From Vicugna vicugna (lineage: Eukaryota): a stretch of 64,000 nt of DNA. The translations under genes were made by a program, and so were the position numbers. Shown in pieces: positions 48,566 through 59,585 of this stretch; the stretch's first letter is position 1, and each line of letters begins with the position of its first letter. The notes under the pieces were generated by a model, which worked only from the letters and a program-made list of their open reading frames with translations, did not search any database and was not told the origin of the DNA. The stretch is taken from contig MU058946.1 in assembly GCA_013265495.1 (NCBI GenBank), positions 1,082,145 through 1,146,144 of the forward strand. The letters run 5' to 3'.

Positions 48566-51145
48566 GAGGCGTGAGCGAAGTCCAGAAGGACCCTGCAAAT
48601 CGGAAAGAAAAGGACCGGCAGCCCAGCAGGAAAAGGGGCAGAAGCTATCCAGGAGCTGGCACAGAGCCCCGGGCGGGGGGCGCGGCCCATACAGGACAAG
48701 ACGCCCCCTTCCCCGCTGCAGTACAGGGGAGCCGTTGAGGTCAGAGCAAGGTCGACTCTTCAGCGCAGGCAGGGCCCGGGGCTCTTTCTGGGGTGGGGGT
48801 AGTGCTCCACCTCTTGCCCTGGATGCCAGCTGCACGGGGTGGAGTCACAGTTCCGGAACAGGCGGAGGTCGAGGCAGTAAGGGGCTCCCCAGGACCGGGC
48901 CTGGGTCTTGGTAGTGGAGTGGAGCAGTACCAGCTCTCGGGCTCTGGGGGTCAGACACGTCTGTGGGGTGAATGCTGTGGTCCCTGCCCTTTGGAGCAAG
49001 CCACCCGCTTCTCCTGCGTCCACTACAGCACCCGGGTTTTCTGGTGCAAACAACGTGGCTGACGCGGGGACCTCAGGCACCTCGACTTCGCGGCAGGAAT
49101 ACATGTTTTGGTCAGTTACCTGTTTTAGGCTGAAAGCTTACTTTGACTCAAGGTACTAAATATAATTAGCTTAGGTCAGTCCCTTTAAACCCTGGTGGAT
49201 GTTGCACACTTACAAACGTGTAATGTGTCCTGGCCGGGCCGTGAGCTGTTTGGTGCCATTAGGATGTCATCGATAAGTGAAACCAGTGGGAAGAGGAGGA
49301 AAGGGTGCTTAGGAGACACGTACCGAGGCCTCTGCAGCCGCTGTGCTGAAGTTATGGGGGCTCTCTCTGCATCTGTGGTTCCTAAGGGAAGTTGGAGGGG
49401 GACAGTGGAGCCGGCTCGGGGGGCTGGAGCCGAGGTTGCCCTGGGATCCTGCCTCCTACGGCCCCTTCCCAAGGAAGAGGGGAGAATGTTTTATATCCTA
49501 GGACCTTGAACAGCACTTTTTTCTGATTTTTGAACAAGGGGCCCACATTTTCAGTTGGCACTGGCTGCAATTTGGCCACTCGCACTTCCCAGCCGGGAGG
49601 ACCCAGGGGCCCCCCGGGAAGCCAGGCTGCTGAGGCTCCTTGGGGACACCCCACGTGACCCACTGTGTGAGCAACTCACAGTAGCGCTGCACACCCACCG
49701 CCCGGCCCCCAGCTGCACGGCCACGTGGGTCCCTCCCCTGCAAGGTGTGGCTGGCAGGTTGCTGGCTATGGTTCACGGTAAGATTAGCAGGGACGGGAGG
49801 AAGCGTTCACAAACTTCTGTAGCAATTGGCAGAGTGGTTTTATGTCTGCTGAATCTAACAATAAAAAATCAGGGCTTGGATGTTTTTTCCAGTTCATTTT
49901 TTTCTAGTAATCTATTTTTTATAGGATTTTACAAGCTGGCGATTGGAGGGGGCTCTTTATAATGGACAGTTTCCAGGACCGATTTTTCGTTCCTTTGTGA
50001 ATGAAGGGCTGTAGCCCTGCCTTGGCTCTTTCACCGGTGCCACAGGCTTGCGTTTCAATCACCCTGGGCGTTTCTCGTGGATTTGAATGGGAAGGTCTGA
50101 CTGCCACGTAAATTCATGAAGGGCAAAGCCACATTCCCGGTGACTGCAAGCACGCGGGCTCTGAAGCGGCTATTTGCAGGAGGAACCTGTCTCAGCCGCT
50201 GCTCAGGATGAAATGAAGATGTATTTCTACACTGAACTCATATACTTTTTCTGTAAGAGTCACAATGAAACCTTCCATTCATGGACAGAGACTGTTTCAG
50301 CTAAACTGCTCTAAAAAACAGCCCTGTGTGCACCCCCTTTTCTGCAGGGCTCGAGTCCCCACCTCAGAGGCATGGCCGGAGGCCGCCCAGCAGGCTCAGG
50401 GCTGCTGGCCCCCTTCCTCCGGGGGCTGTCGAAGATTTTCTCCTAACACTTCAGTCCCCTGTGTTGGGAAAAGCACCATCACCTCCTAAACGCTTCCTGC
50501 TGCTGAAGCACAACAGGCAGGTGGCTGTTCTCCAGGGAAGGTACAAAAATGGACTGGGTCAACCTCTGGCCTTCCTGGGCATCGTGACTACCAGCTCCGG
50601 CCCAGAGGGAGGAGGCAGGAGCGGTGGTTCCGGGTTTCATTAGAAAAGAAGTCTGTGCATCACTGAACAGTGCGATTCCATAGCTCATCCTGCCCTTGTT
50701 CCTGCTATTTAACACTGAAAGGACAGAGGCCGTGTGGGAGCAAGGGGGCTGCAGCTGCAGGGAGGACAGAGAGGACGCCCCCCCCACCCCCGCCCGGAGG
50801 GCCAGTGGCAGAGGAGGTGACACAAGATGCAAAGAGCAGGAGGAAGAGGAAGATGCAGCCGGGTGAACCGTGCGTGAGGAACTCAGCATCGGTGGAAATT
50901 TTACCTTCAGCGACAGGGCACTTTTCAAGTAGGCAACTCACTCCCGGTAATACAAAGGCCTCCTTGCAAGGACGCCTGCGCTCAGAACAGCCTCCTCCGG
51001 AGAGCAGGGCCGCGCCCTCGGTGAGCGGGGACGGCGGTGAGCAGCGGCTGCAGCCAGACGGCAGCGCCTGGCCCCGCGTTTCCTGCCAGCGCCCAGGAAG
51101 TGGTCACCCTTGGCACCCATCTGAGAAAGACTAAGAACACGTGGC

Positions 51146-51151
51146 TTTATT
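51146..51151 (-). terminator. SLC37A1: Distal polyadenylation signal AATAAA for SLC37A1
   Basis: tttatt on the plus strand. On the minus strand it is followed by gtgttcttagtctttctc (GU/U-rich). Confidence 0.7.
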
Positions 51152-51231
51152 TGGAAGTTTTGTTTTTGAATATAATGGAAATGTGAGCAGAAATAACCAA
51201 CATTCTGCTTGAGTTTTTTTTTTTTTAACAT

Positions 51232-51237
51232 TTTATT
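51232..51237 (-). terminator. SLC37A1: Second AATAAA in the SLC37A1 3' UTR
   Basis: tttatt on the plus strand. It is followed on the minus strand by a genomic A13 run, so it could also be an internal-priming site. Confidence 0.45.
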
Positions 51238-51441
51238 TCAAAGAGCAGGTGTTTTTTGAGGCAACAACTAAGAAAACAAGTGGCCAGAGGACAATCGGAG
51301 TTTGTCTTAATAAATAGCAAGATGCCACTTGGGTTTCTTAAGCTTCCGTAACACCGCACACACTTCGAGAAACCAATCTGCACCAGGGCCGTGGAGCCAA
51401 GGACAGTCCCAGGTCTGTGTGGGGCCTGGGAGGAGGCAGAC

Positions 51442-51484
51442 GGCCGGGCCGGGCCGGGCCGGGCCGGGCCGGGCCGGGCCGGGC
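51442..51484. repeat. (GGGCC)7 plus two partial units, within the SLC37A1 3' UTR
   Basis: ggcc(gggcc)7gggc, read directly. Confidence 0.95.
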
Positions 51485-51683
51485 ACCGGCCACTCCCAGC
51501 CCCGAGCCGGCCTCCCTGCGGCCTCCCCGTGGCCTCCCCGCGACCCCGCACGGGGCCAGGGGCATCGTGGCCCTTGGGGCTCGGGCGTTCGGAACCTTGG
51601 GGTGTCCGGGGCTGCCGCTCCATCCTCCAGCCCGTTCGCGGGCTTGGCTGGCTTCACCGCAGTTCACTCCGGACCGTTTCCAG

Positions 51684-51722
51684 GTGGCTGCAGGGCAGGA
51701 GGAAGTGCTGGACGTCTTCCAG
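51684..51722 (+). other. Candidate 39-nt exon antisense to the SLC37A1 3' UTR (VAAGQEEVLDVFQ)
   Basis: Acceptor ccgtttccag| and donor CAG|gtgagg. Confidence 0.3.
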
Positions 51723-52052
51723 GTGAGGCCATGGGGGTTTTGATGGCTGTCTGTGTCCTGGGTCCTTGGAGAGGCAGGCTCTTTGCTGCCTGCACTCCCC
51801 CACCTACAGCGCCCCCCGGCTCAGACATTCACACCGGAACACCAGGGGGAGTGAGGCTCACCCGAGTGCCGCCCACCAGTCCGGCCGTGTCACCGGCTGT
51901 GGCAGAACTGCTGCCCGGGCGCCAGGGGCCCGCTCGTCGGGCTGCGGGGCGGCGCCGCACTGCTCACCGCCTTCCTCACCGCGGCCCTGAGCCCCGCGGC
52001 TCGGCTGAAATAGTACCAGCCGCTCCCGAGGTGGCTTTTGTGTCTTTTCCAG

Positions 52053-52073
52053 GTGAATGTGCAAAAGGCAAAG
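52053..52073 (+). other. Candidate 21-nt microexon antisense to the SLC37A1 3' UTR (VNVQKAK)
   Basis: Acceptor cttttgtgtcttttccag|G and donor AAG|gtaagt, both near-perfect consensus. Confidence 0.35.
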
Positions 52074-52101
52074 GTAAGTCATTCTTTTCAACAGAGGATC
52101 C

Positions 52102-52107
52102 TTTATT
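52102..52107 (-). terminator. SLC37A1: Candidate proximal AATAAA about 70 nt after the SLC37A1 stop
   Basis: tttatt on the plus strand, with U-rich ctttgccttttg downstream on the minus strand. Confidence 0.4.
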
Positions 52108-52174
52108 TGAAAACTTTTCCTTGAAAGACAGTTTGTGAAGGACGGGCCCAGCCTCCCTCCACGGGACTCGGTGG

Positions 52175-52190
52175 TCAGTGCTCCTTAAAC
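52175..52190 (-). CDS. SLC37A1: SLC37A1 terminal coding exon: (P)FKEH-stop
   Basis: Acceptor cttcctccag| followed by G TTT AAG GAG CAC TGA, in phase with the previous exon. I recall the human protein ending PFKEQ. Confidence 0.93.
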
Positions 52191-52526
52191 CTGGAGGAAG
52201 AGCACAAGGCGGTGGCTGTCACTCAGCCCGCAGCCACGCGGGCGCAGGTGCCCACCAAGTGCCGGTTCCCGGGTCCTCCCACCCCACAGCCTCCAGGGCA
52301 CAGAGGGGAGGAGGGGACACAGGGCGGGGCAGGGCCAGGCTGGGCTGGGGGCGCTCTCTGTCTGAGGAGAACAAAGGAGGCAACTGCCCTCACGTGTTTT
52401 CACTCAGTTTGAGGAGAGACAGCCGGGGCCACAGCCAGCCCGGGCTCAGTGGGAGAGGAACACGGGGGAGGGAGCCGCCGTTGACAGGGGCCCCGGGGAG
52501 GCAGGCAGGTGAGGGGCAGGACTTAC

Positions 52527-52591
52527 GGAACTTGGTCTCCAGTCGCCAGCCCTGGGCAGCCCAGCTCCTTGTGTATGAGGCGGATCAGGAA
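52527..52591 (-). CDS. SLC37A1: SLC37A1 penultimate coding exon (65 nt, phase 0 to 2): FLIRLIHKELGCPGLATGDQV
   Basis: Acceptor ctgttccgggcgcag| and donor TCC|gtaagt. Matches the SLC37A1 cytosolic tail (FLIRLIHKEL). Confidence 0.96.
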
Positions 52592-55500
52592 CTGCGCCCG
52601 GAACAGAGACGAGGCCCTGAGCGCCTGCCCTGCACCCGCGACGCCCACCCAGCTCGGCGCTCACGTTCACCATGTCTGCAGATCTCCCGGGCCGTGGGGG
52701 GTGCCCCTCAGAGGGGCCTCTTCTTCAGCACATCAAAGACCGAAACCCCAAAGCTGAGCGGTGGAGCCTCGCCCAGCCCCAGGGCCTGGTCCCCGAGCAG
52801 CACCCTGCTCACTAGGTCCCCTGCGTCACCCCCGGGGTCGTGCTCCCGGAAACAAGGCCGTCAGGACAGACTGCAGCCAGAATGACCTCTGTGTTCAAGT
52901 AATGTTTAAAATGAAACCAGTCCAATCATAAAATGTCCAAGCGGCAAAGAGACAGAGAGTAAGGACAAGGTGGCCCACAGTCGTGGTGACACATGGGAGC
53001 TGCCACGTGGCTCCGAAGGCCAGGCGAGCGCTCACCAGCCATCAGCACCAGGAGGCTGGAGGGCGGTCGTGGGAGCAGCTCTGTGTCACTGGGAAGCTCC
53101 TGGGAGAGCGCCCCCCCGGCCTCGAGTAAGCCCAGAGAGGCCCTGCCTCCCCGTCGGGGAGCAGTCCTCCTCCCCTTCTGCTCCTTCCCATGCTGAGGGG
53201 CTGCGTGCAGACAGCGGGGAAGCATCGCCCGGTGTCACTGCAGCTGTGGACCTGGTCCTCCCCCGGCGCGGCCGCAGCCCCCAGAAGGGCTCCCCCATCG
53301 CGTGCAGAGCCTCGGGGCTCCCGAGGGAGGTCCGGCTCTGGTGGCCCAGATTCTTAGATAGCTGCAGGTACCCTCGGGCCCGAGGGAGCCCGGGGCCCGG
53401 AGAGGCCCAAGGCGGTGGGGCTGCCGAGCAGAGGTTTGAGGGGCCGCACAGCGCAGGCCTCAGCTCTGCAAGGCAGACACGAGTCCTTAGATGCGCGAGG
53501 CTCAGGGGGAGCTTGCCCTCGTGTGACGGACGCTGTCCAGAGAGCGGGTGCTTCTCCCGCGGGGAAGGCGCCGCCTGGCTGCGCGCGGGGCCCCTGCAGC
53601 CGCAGCCACAGCCCCAGTGCTGGTGGGGGCCTGTTCGCTGCTGTGAGCGGTGCTGGTGGGAGAGTCACGTTGCTTTAATCAGCTGACCACGCAGATGTGA
53701 ACCTCCAGCTCAGCTGCCCGTACCGAGCTGCCGAGGCCAAGCTGAGCTGGTGTCCCCTCAACACAAGTTCCACCACGTGCAGTGAGTGACCAGCGCTCGC
53801 GGGGTGAGCCCATGGTTACAGGAGGCAGATCCCAGGAGGAGGGAAAAGAGGGAGGAAAAAGTGAGTGTTCCCTGAGGGCCTGGGGGACACTGAGAGGCAG
53901 CGACACCTCTGAAGGACCAACGTCTAAGACTTGACACAAGTGGCTGCCTGTGCGCAGCGCCGCCCAGGTGCCCCCATGGTGGGGGCTGCAGCCTGTGCTG
54001 ACGTGAGCTGGAGGGGGCTGCGGACCGGAGGGCACGGCCCCTGGTGTGAGCACGCGCCCCGCTGCGCAGGCCTGACCCGCCGGCTTCACTGAGGTCCGCC
54101 TCGGACTTGGAAGGAGAGGAAACCGGTCAGGCGACCGTGAAGAGAGGGCGTGCCTGGGCTGCAAGGCTGAGAAGGCTTGTCCTCGCTGGCACTGGCGGGC
54201 CGCCTGCCGACCAGGTGACCTCGCCTCTCGTGGTGTGACTGGCTTCAGTCCCTCTCACCTGACCCAGCCAGTCTGAAGGCCTCCAAGTGACTGTCTGCCT
54301 GTTATACAGTTTTCCACTCTTTTCCTTTTGTCCCTTCTGATTCTGACATTTCATCATGTGTCCTGTAAACACCTGGAGCCGGGTCTTCGCAGCCGGTCCG
54401 TGGTCTGCTGGGACCGCGAGGCAGCCGGGCCACAGTCCTGCTGGGCCCGCCCCGTCACATCCGCCCGCCTCCTCCACGTGGCTCTCGTCCTCGGCTCTCT
54501 TCTCTTCTACTGTCGCTTCCGGCCCCGTCTCCCCAGCTTCCCCCTCTGGAGCCCCCCCGGACGGCGCTGGACCGGCTTCTCTGGGCCTCCGCTCTCCACC
54601 TGCTGCCTAGTGTTTCCTGTCTTCCTGTTTCTGGGCTGCACCCCGGATCGCTTCCTTATGTCCATCTCTCTCCAGCTCGGTCCTCTTTACTTCTTGCTCT
54701 TTTCTCATGAAGAGTTCAGTCGCTTCTCTGACATCTTCATTATGTTGGATGTGTTTATTTTTACGGCTCATCTGATAACCCTTTTACCTGCTGCTCTGGG
54801 GGTCGGGTTCTGTCTGCCACCCCATCACCACAGCCTGTTTCCTGCTCTTTCCTGACCTGGGGTGAGGCTGGGAGCTCATCCTTGGGGGCGCTGTCAGCTG
54901 TGGGACTCTGTGCAGCTGGGCTGAGGTTTGTCCCTCTCAAATGGTTTGGGATTTGCTTCTGCCTAAGACCCAGGTATAGCACCACTCCAGGATCAGTTTT
55001 ACCCGATTTTGGTGCATGTCATGTAATATTTGCATAACGTAAGTTAGAAGTGAAAGCTCACTGTAGGCAGGGGAGGTCCCCCCGCCCCTAGTCTGGCGAT
55101 CGGGCGAAGACCCTGGTTCCCCTCTGCACCACGTGCAGCGGCTCCGCGCCAGCGCACGCAGAGCCCCAGGGGCCTGCCTCGACGAGGAGGTGGGTCTGCT
55201 CCTGCGGCTCCCCGTCCTGCGCCAGCCCAGACCCCCGTCTCCTGCTCCCGGGCCCGCAGCACCCGGCCCCTCAGTTCCTGAGGCCGACCCCTCCCCGGCT
55301 GCTCCAGCATCAGCGTGGGGACTATTTCACGTTGCCTCTAGGTTTCTGGGTCCGGGGCCCACCCCTCCTTTCTTACAAGTCTGACTGTGTGTTACAAGGA
55401 AGGTTAACGTATGTGTTACCTGCTGCTCCTGAAACAGGAGCGTTTCTGTCTTTAAGCAGCCACCCTGACGGAGGTCTCACCGCTACCTAGTGCAGGTGAC

Positions 55501-56411
55501 CGGGGACTTAACTGGGAAGCCGCTTTCAAAACCTAACAGGTCTGCACGCTGGGAGCTGGTGTTTGATTCTGTATGAAGTCGGGGGAGCTGCGTTGTAGGG
55601 CTGCCCGGACTATTGATACAAAACTTTCATTTAATTGATGGAGCTGTTATTTCCCAAGTCCTTGACTCTCTGCCTGGGATCCAGGTTAGGTTTTCCCGGG
55701 GAAGAGAGAGGAGGCCTCACTTCAGGTCTGGGGCCCTGTGCGGGGTGACTGGTCAGGGCGAGGGCGTGGTGGCCGCTCTCTAGTGGCCACTGCGTGACTG
55801 TGCCATCAGCACCGGTCTTCTGCATCCGAGGGAAACCTCCCATCGTCTCACGCAGGAGGGATGGGAAGTAGGATCCAGAGGACGGAGGGGCCTGGTGCCA
55901 CGTGGGCAGCCTCAGCCCCACCTCTCTCTCCCGGCCCCTGGGGCGTGGGCGGTCGGCCGCTCCCCCCGTGTGGCCGCTTGGGGACAGGAGGATGTGGGGG
56001 CAGGAGCAGCACTGTCTTGGAGGCCAGCTTCAGTGCGCTGTCCCCTTTAACTCCCACAGTCATCCCGTCACCGGGGCCAGCACTCTGCCCACTTGACACG
56101 TGGACGCTGTGGAACAGAGGGGCACTCGCACGGGACAGCCGACAGGCTCAGGGTCCCAGGCAGGGCACCCCCGCTTGTGGCCTTGCCACCAGGCTGCTGG
56201 GAACCGCAGGGCGGCAGGCTGACCTGCTGCTGCTTCGGACGTCTGTTTAGACCAGAAGGAGAAAGGGCCTTGGACCTCAAACATTTAGGGTCCCTGGGTG
56301 TGTGACAGGCCGGACTCCCTGAGCCCTGCAGGAGTCCGCGGGAGGGAGCGGTGGGGCAACAGCCACAGAGACACTCACGGGAGCCGCTTGCGCCGCCAGC
56401 GAGCTGCTTAC

Positions 56412-56509
56412 CAGTAAGGCACAGGCGTCTGCGAACATCAGCATGTAGAACACGTTGCTCCATCCAGACGGCGAGATGAGCCCGGCCAGCAGCGGGCCCA
56501 GGGCTGCCC
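56412..56509 (-). CDS. SLC37A1: SLC37A1 coding exon (98 nt, phase 1 to 0): (G)AALGPLLAGLISPSGWSNVFYMLMFADACALL
   Basis: Acceptor tctcgctgcag| and donor CTG|gtaagc. The peptide matches the last TM segments of SLC37A1. Confidence 0.97.
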
Positions 56510-56849
56510 CTGCAGCGAGACAGACGACACGCGGCTCCTGGCGAGGAGGACTCTGGGACGTGGTCACCCGAGACACCCAGGCCCGCAAACGCACAGCGGA
56601 GCGCCGCGCCTGACTCAAAACGCAAGAAACAAGCTAACCGGGACACCCGCGTTCTCAGCCATCAGACTGGTGAGGGGCGAAAAGCCTGGCACTTGGTGCC
56701 GGTGAGGGCAAAACTGGAACAGGGTTTTGGGAAGCCGATCTAAAAACTTGTCGACATTAAAATGTTCACCCTTTTGCTCCAACAATCCCATTAAAAATGG
56801 TTCTAAAGTAATCTGAATCTAACACACAGTCTTAGATATTCTCATGCTA

Positions 56850-57225
56850 TAGAAATATTTAGTAAAATGTGAGTGAGGCTTGTAGATACTAATATTGTAT
56901 CAACGTTAACTTCCTGCTTCTGACAGCTGTGCTGCGGTCACATCAGGACTTCCTTGTCTTCAGGGAACACACACTGAGTACACAGCTAATGGTAAGGGGC
57001 AGAATGTCTGCAACGTACTCTTACGTGGTTTGGGAAAAAATGCATGTGTATATTCATAGTATATGTGTGTGTGTGCGCGTGTGTGTGAGAGAGAGGGAGG
57101 CAGGGAAAGGGGGAGAAAGGGGGAATGATAAAACAAGTGGGAATTCTTTGTACTATTTTTGCAACCATTTTGTGAGTCTCAAATTATGTCAAAATGATGT
57201 CTTAAAAAAACTATAAAAACAAACG
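56850..57225 (+). mobile_element. Old LINE-1 3' end (L1MC/ME-like) in an SLC37A1 intron
   Basis: tattgtatcaacgttaacttcctg...gtctgcaacgtactctt...ggaattctttgtactatttttgcaac followed by an A-rich tail. Confidence 0.7.
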
Positions 57226-58379
57226 AAAGAAATGTTCCTCAAAATACCCAAAGACACCTGTTCAGGGATGTCTGTCGCAGCAGTGGGGCTGTTTTCCCAC
57301 GAGGGACTGGAATGAGCCGTGGTGCACGTGCCGGGTGGGCCACTGGCAGTGAGAAGTGTGAAAATTCACGCCGAGTCACGCACCGAGGTCTCACCTCCGA
57401 GAGCAGGGCCAGCACGGCCCTTCCTGCTTGGGACGCACTAACGCTGTCCGCAGTGTTTACAAAGGGCACGTACTACTTTTATAATCTGAGAAGCATCTGC
57501 GTGTTTTTTTGTAATCACAGAAGGGCTCCCTGGTAAACACAGTAGACCGTTCACACGTGCTTAGCTCTACAGCCCCCGAACACCACAAAATGGACCATAA
57601 CTGAATAAAAACTAAAACCTGCAGACAGAGAGCACCTGAGGGAAGGCACTGTTTGTGTGGATGAGATCTAAAGGGCACGACTGATGCACTCTGGCCCTCC
57701 TTGCCCAGGGCCAGGCTGCCCATGGCATGAGGCAGGGGAGGGTGGGCAGCAGAATGAAACAGATCTGGCCGAAAGCCTCTTATAATGAACTATGAGACGT
57801 GCCCCCACCCCCCGACCCCAGGGCCCTTCTCTACCACATCACTCCCCCAGGACCACCCCTCCCAGACCCCAGGAGCCCCCCTCCCCGACCCCAGGGGAGC
57901 AGAACCTTAGCTGTTGGGAGAGTCTGCACCAGAGGCTTTGGGCTCAGGGGTTCCGAGCTCGGTGCAGGATGGGCACGAGGCACCACCGAGCACGGGGAGA
58001 ACAGGGAGGGACACCAGCTTCCACCAGGCAGCCCCTCCCATGACGGCAAGGATGCTGGCCGTTAGGTGCACACCACCCGTGGGTACTGGGGGGCTCCTCC
58101 TCCAGACCCGAGCCGGACCCCAGAGACATGCAACTGACATGCCTCCCATGCGGAAAAGGCTTCTAATAAGTGCTTAGCAGCTCAGTCTTAAATGCAAACA
58201 TATGAGGGGATGGCTGAGATCCACCTGCGTCTGAGGAAAGCCTCAAGGTAAATGTGAACAATCTGGGAGGAGGGGGAACTGCAGAAAATGAACAAACTGG
58301 GGAGAAGAAAACTCCCAGCAAAGTGCAACAGCCCCAGAGAACTGACGGGAAACCAGGCTGAACCACGTGAGACTCCCGC

Positions 58380-59585
58380 TCCTGCATCCGAAATCCAGTC
58401 CAGCATCAGCAACTTCTCGTGACTCAGCCTCACACACACTGATCCCAGAAGAAAGAGCAGGATGTACTCAGAGCGCAGAGACACTAACGAGCATGAATGA
58501 CGGCAGCTAAAACAAAAGGCTCAGTACGGAGGCTGGAAGGCGAAGCCAGGAGCATCTCTGAGAAAGCTCAGGAAAAGAACAAAGACTCAGGCAGGCAAGG
58601 AAAACAGAAAATTGAAGGATCAATTTTCCAGAAGACAAAAACAGGGAGGGAAACCTGTCAAAGAGAAGACAGGGCGCACGTCCCAGGGATGGAGGGCCTG
58701 TGTTTCCAGACGGGGTGGGCCCCCGGGTGCCCGGGGCGCAGGGACGAGGGGGAGCCGCAGAGGCAGAGAGGTGAGCCTGGGGGTCTCCCAGGGAAGAGAG
58801 CAGGGGCCAGAGGTCACAAGCGGAGGCCTGGCCGAGGATGACAGTGGGGCTCTCCGTGGTGGAGGTGGGAGCTGGATGACACTGGAATTTGGAAGAAAAA
58901 GGACTTTCAACCTAGAACTCTAGATCCAGACAGACTATCCACCAGGCGAGAGCTGAATCCAGACCCCTTCCCAGTGCTCCCCAGCGCTCACGGGCTATGT
59001 CCTGCAACCCACTACTCAGGAAGCCACGAGAAGACATTTCCCACCAAAGAGGAGTCGTGAACACGGGACCTGGCGAGGAGGGGTCCACTGCAGGGGGAGA
59101 CGGAAGGGATCCACAAGCTGCGGTGTGACAGCAGCTCTGGGATGAGGGCCGCACAGCAGGTGAGAGTGAAGCCGGGCGGCACGTGGCTGCGGTGGACAGG
59201 AAGGGGCAGCTGTGACAGAAATGCCAACCAAAGGGCAGGTGAGGCATTCGATATTTTGGAGAAAAACAAAAATGTGCATGTTAAGGATGCGTAGTTAAGG
59301 TTTATTTCTTGGCTCTAGAGAGAGCGACATTAAAGAGCCAGGGTGGTGAAGGAGCCGACGGGCACGGAGTAGAGGCCGCACCTTCCTCACCAGGAGGACA
59401 ACACGGAAGCTCAAGAAACGTGTGACCGTGCATGGAGGAGACGAGAGAGCACAGCCGGCAGTGACGGCTTCCAGAAAGAGGGGCTGGGGGGCGGAGGCGG
59501 GAATGCCATTCTGCATTATGGTAAGTTTTGACGTCTATCTGGTTTCTAAAGTTACGTTATGCTTTGCTTTGATAAAATGAAAATG
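58380..59585 (+). mobile_element. HAL1 / L1 ORF1-like relic in an SLC37A1 intron
   Basis: Purine-rich with ggaagaaaaaggactttcaacctagaactctagatccagacagactatcc and a gggatcc...gacagc...agcagg tail typical of HAL1, as recalled. Confidence 0.55.

Larger units (their letters stand above)
51125..52174 (-). other. SLC37A1: SLC37A1 3' UTR (distal end approximate)
   Basis: Runs from the stop codon to the AATAAA at 51151-51146, which has a GU-rich downstream element. The cleavage site is inferred. Confidence 0.75.

Noticed and set aside
55771-55789. CTCF-like motif (minus strand TGGCCACTAGAGAGCGGC)
   Set aside because: It has an A at a core position that is almost always G in the CTCF motif. It cannot be supported without a PWM scan or ChIP data.
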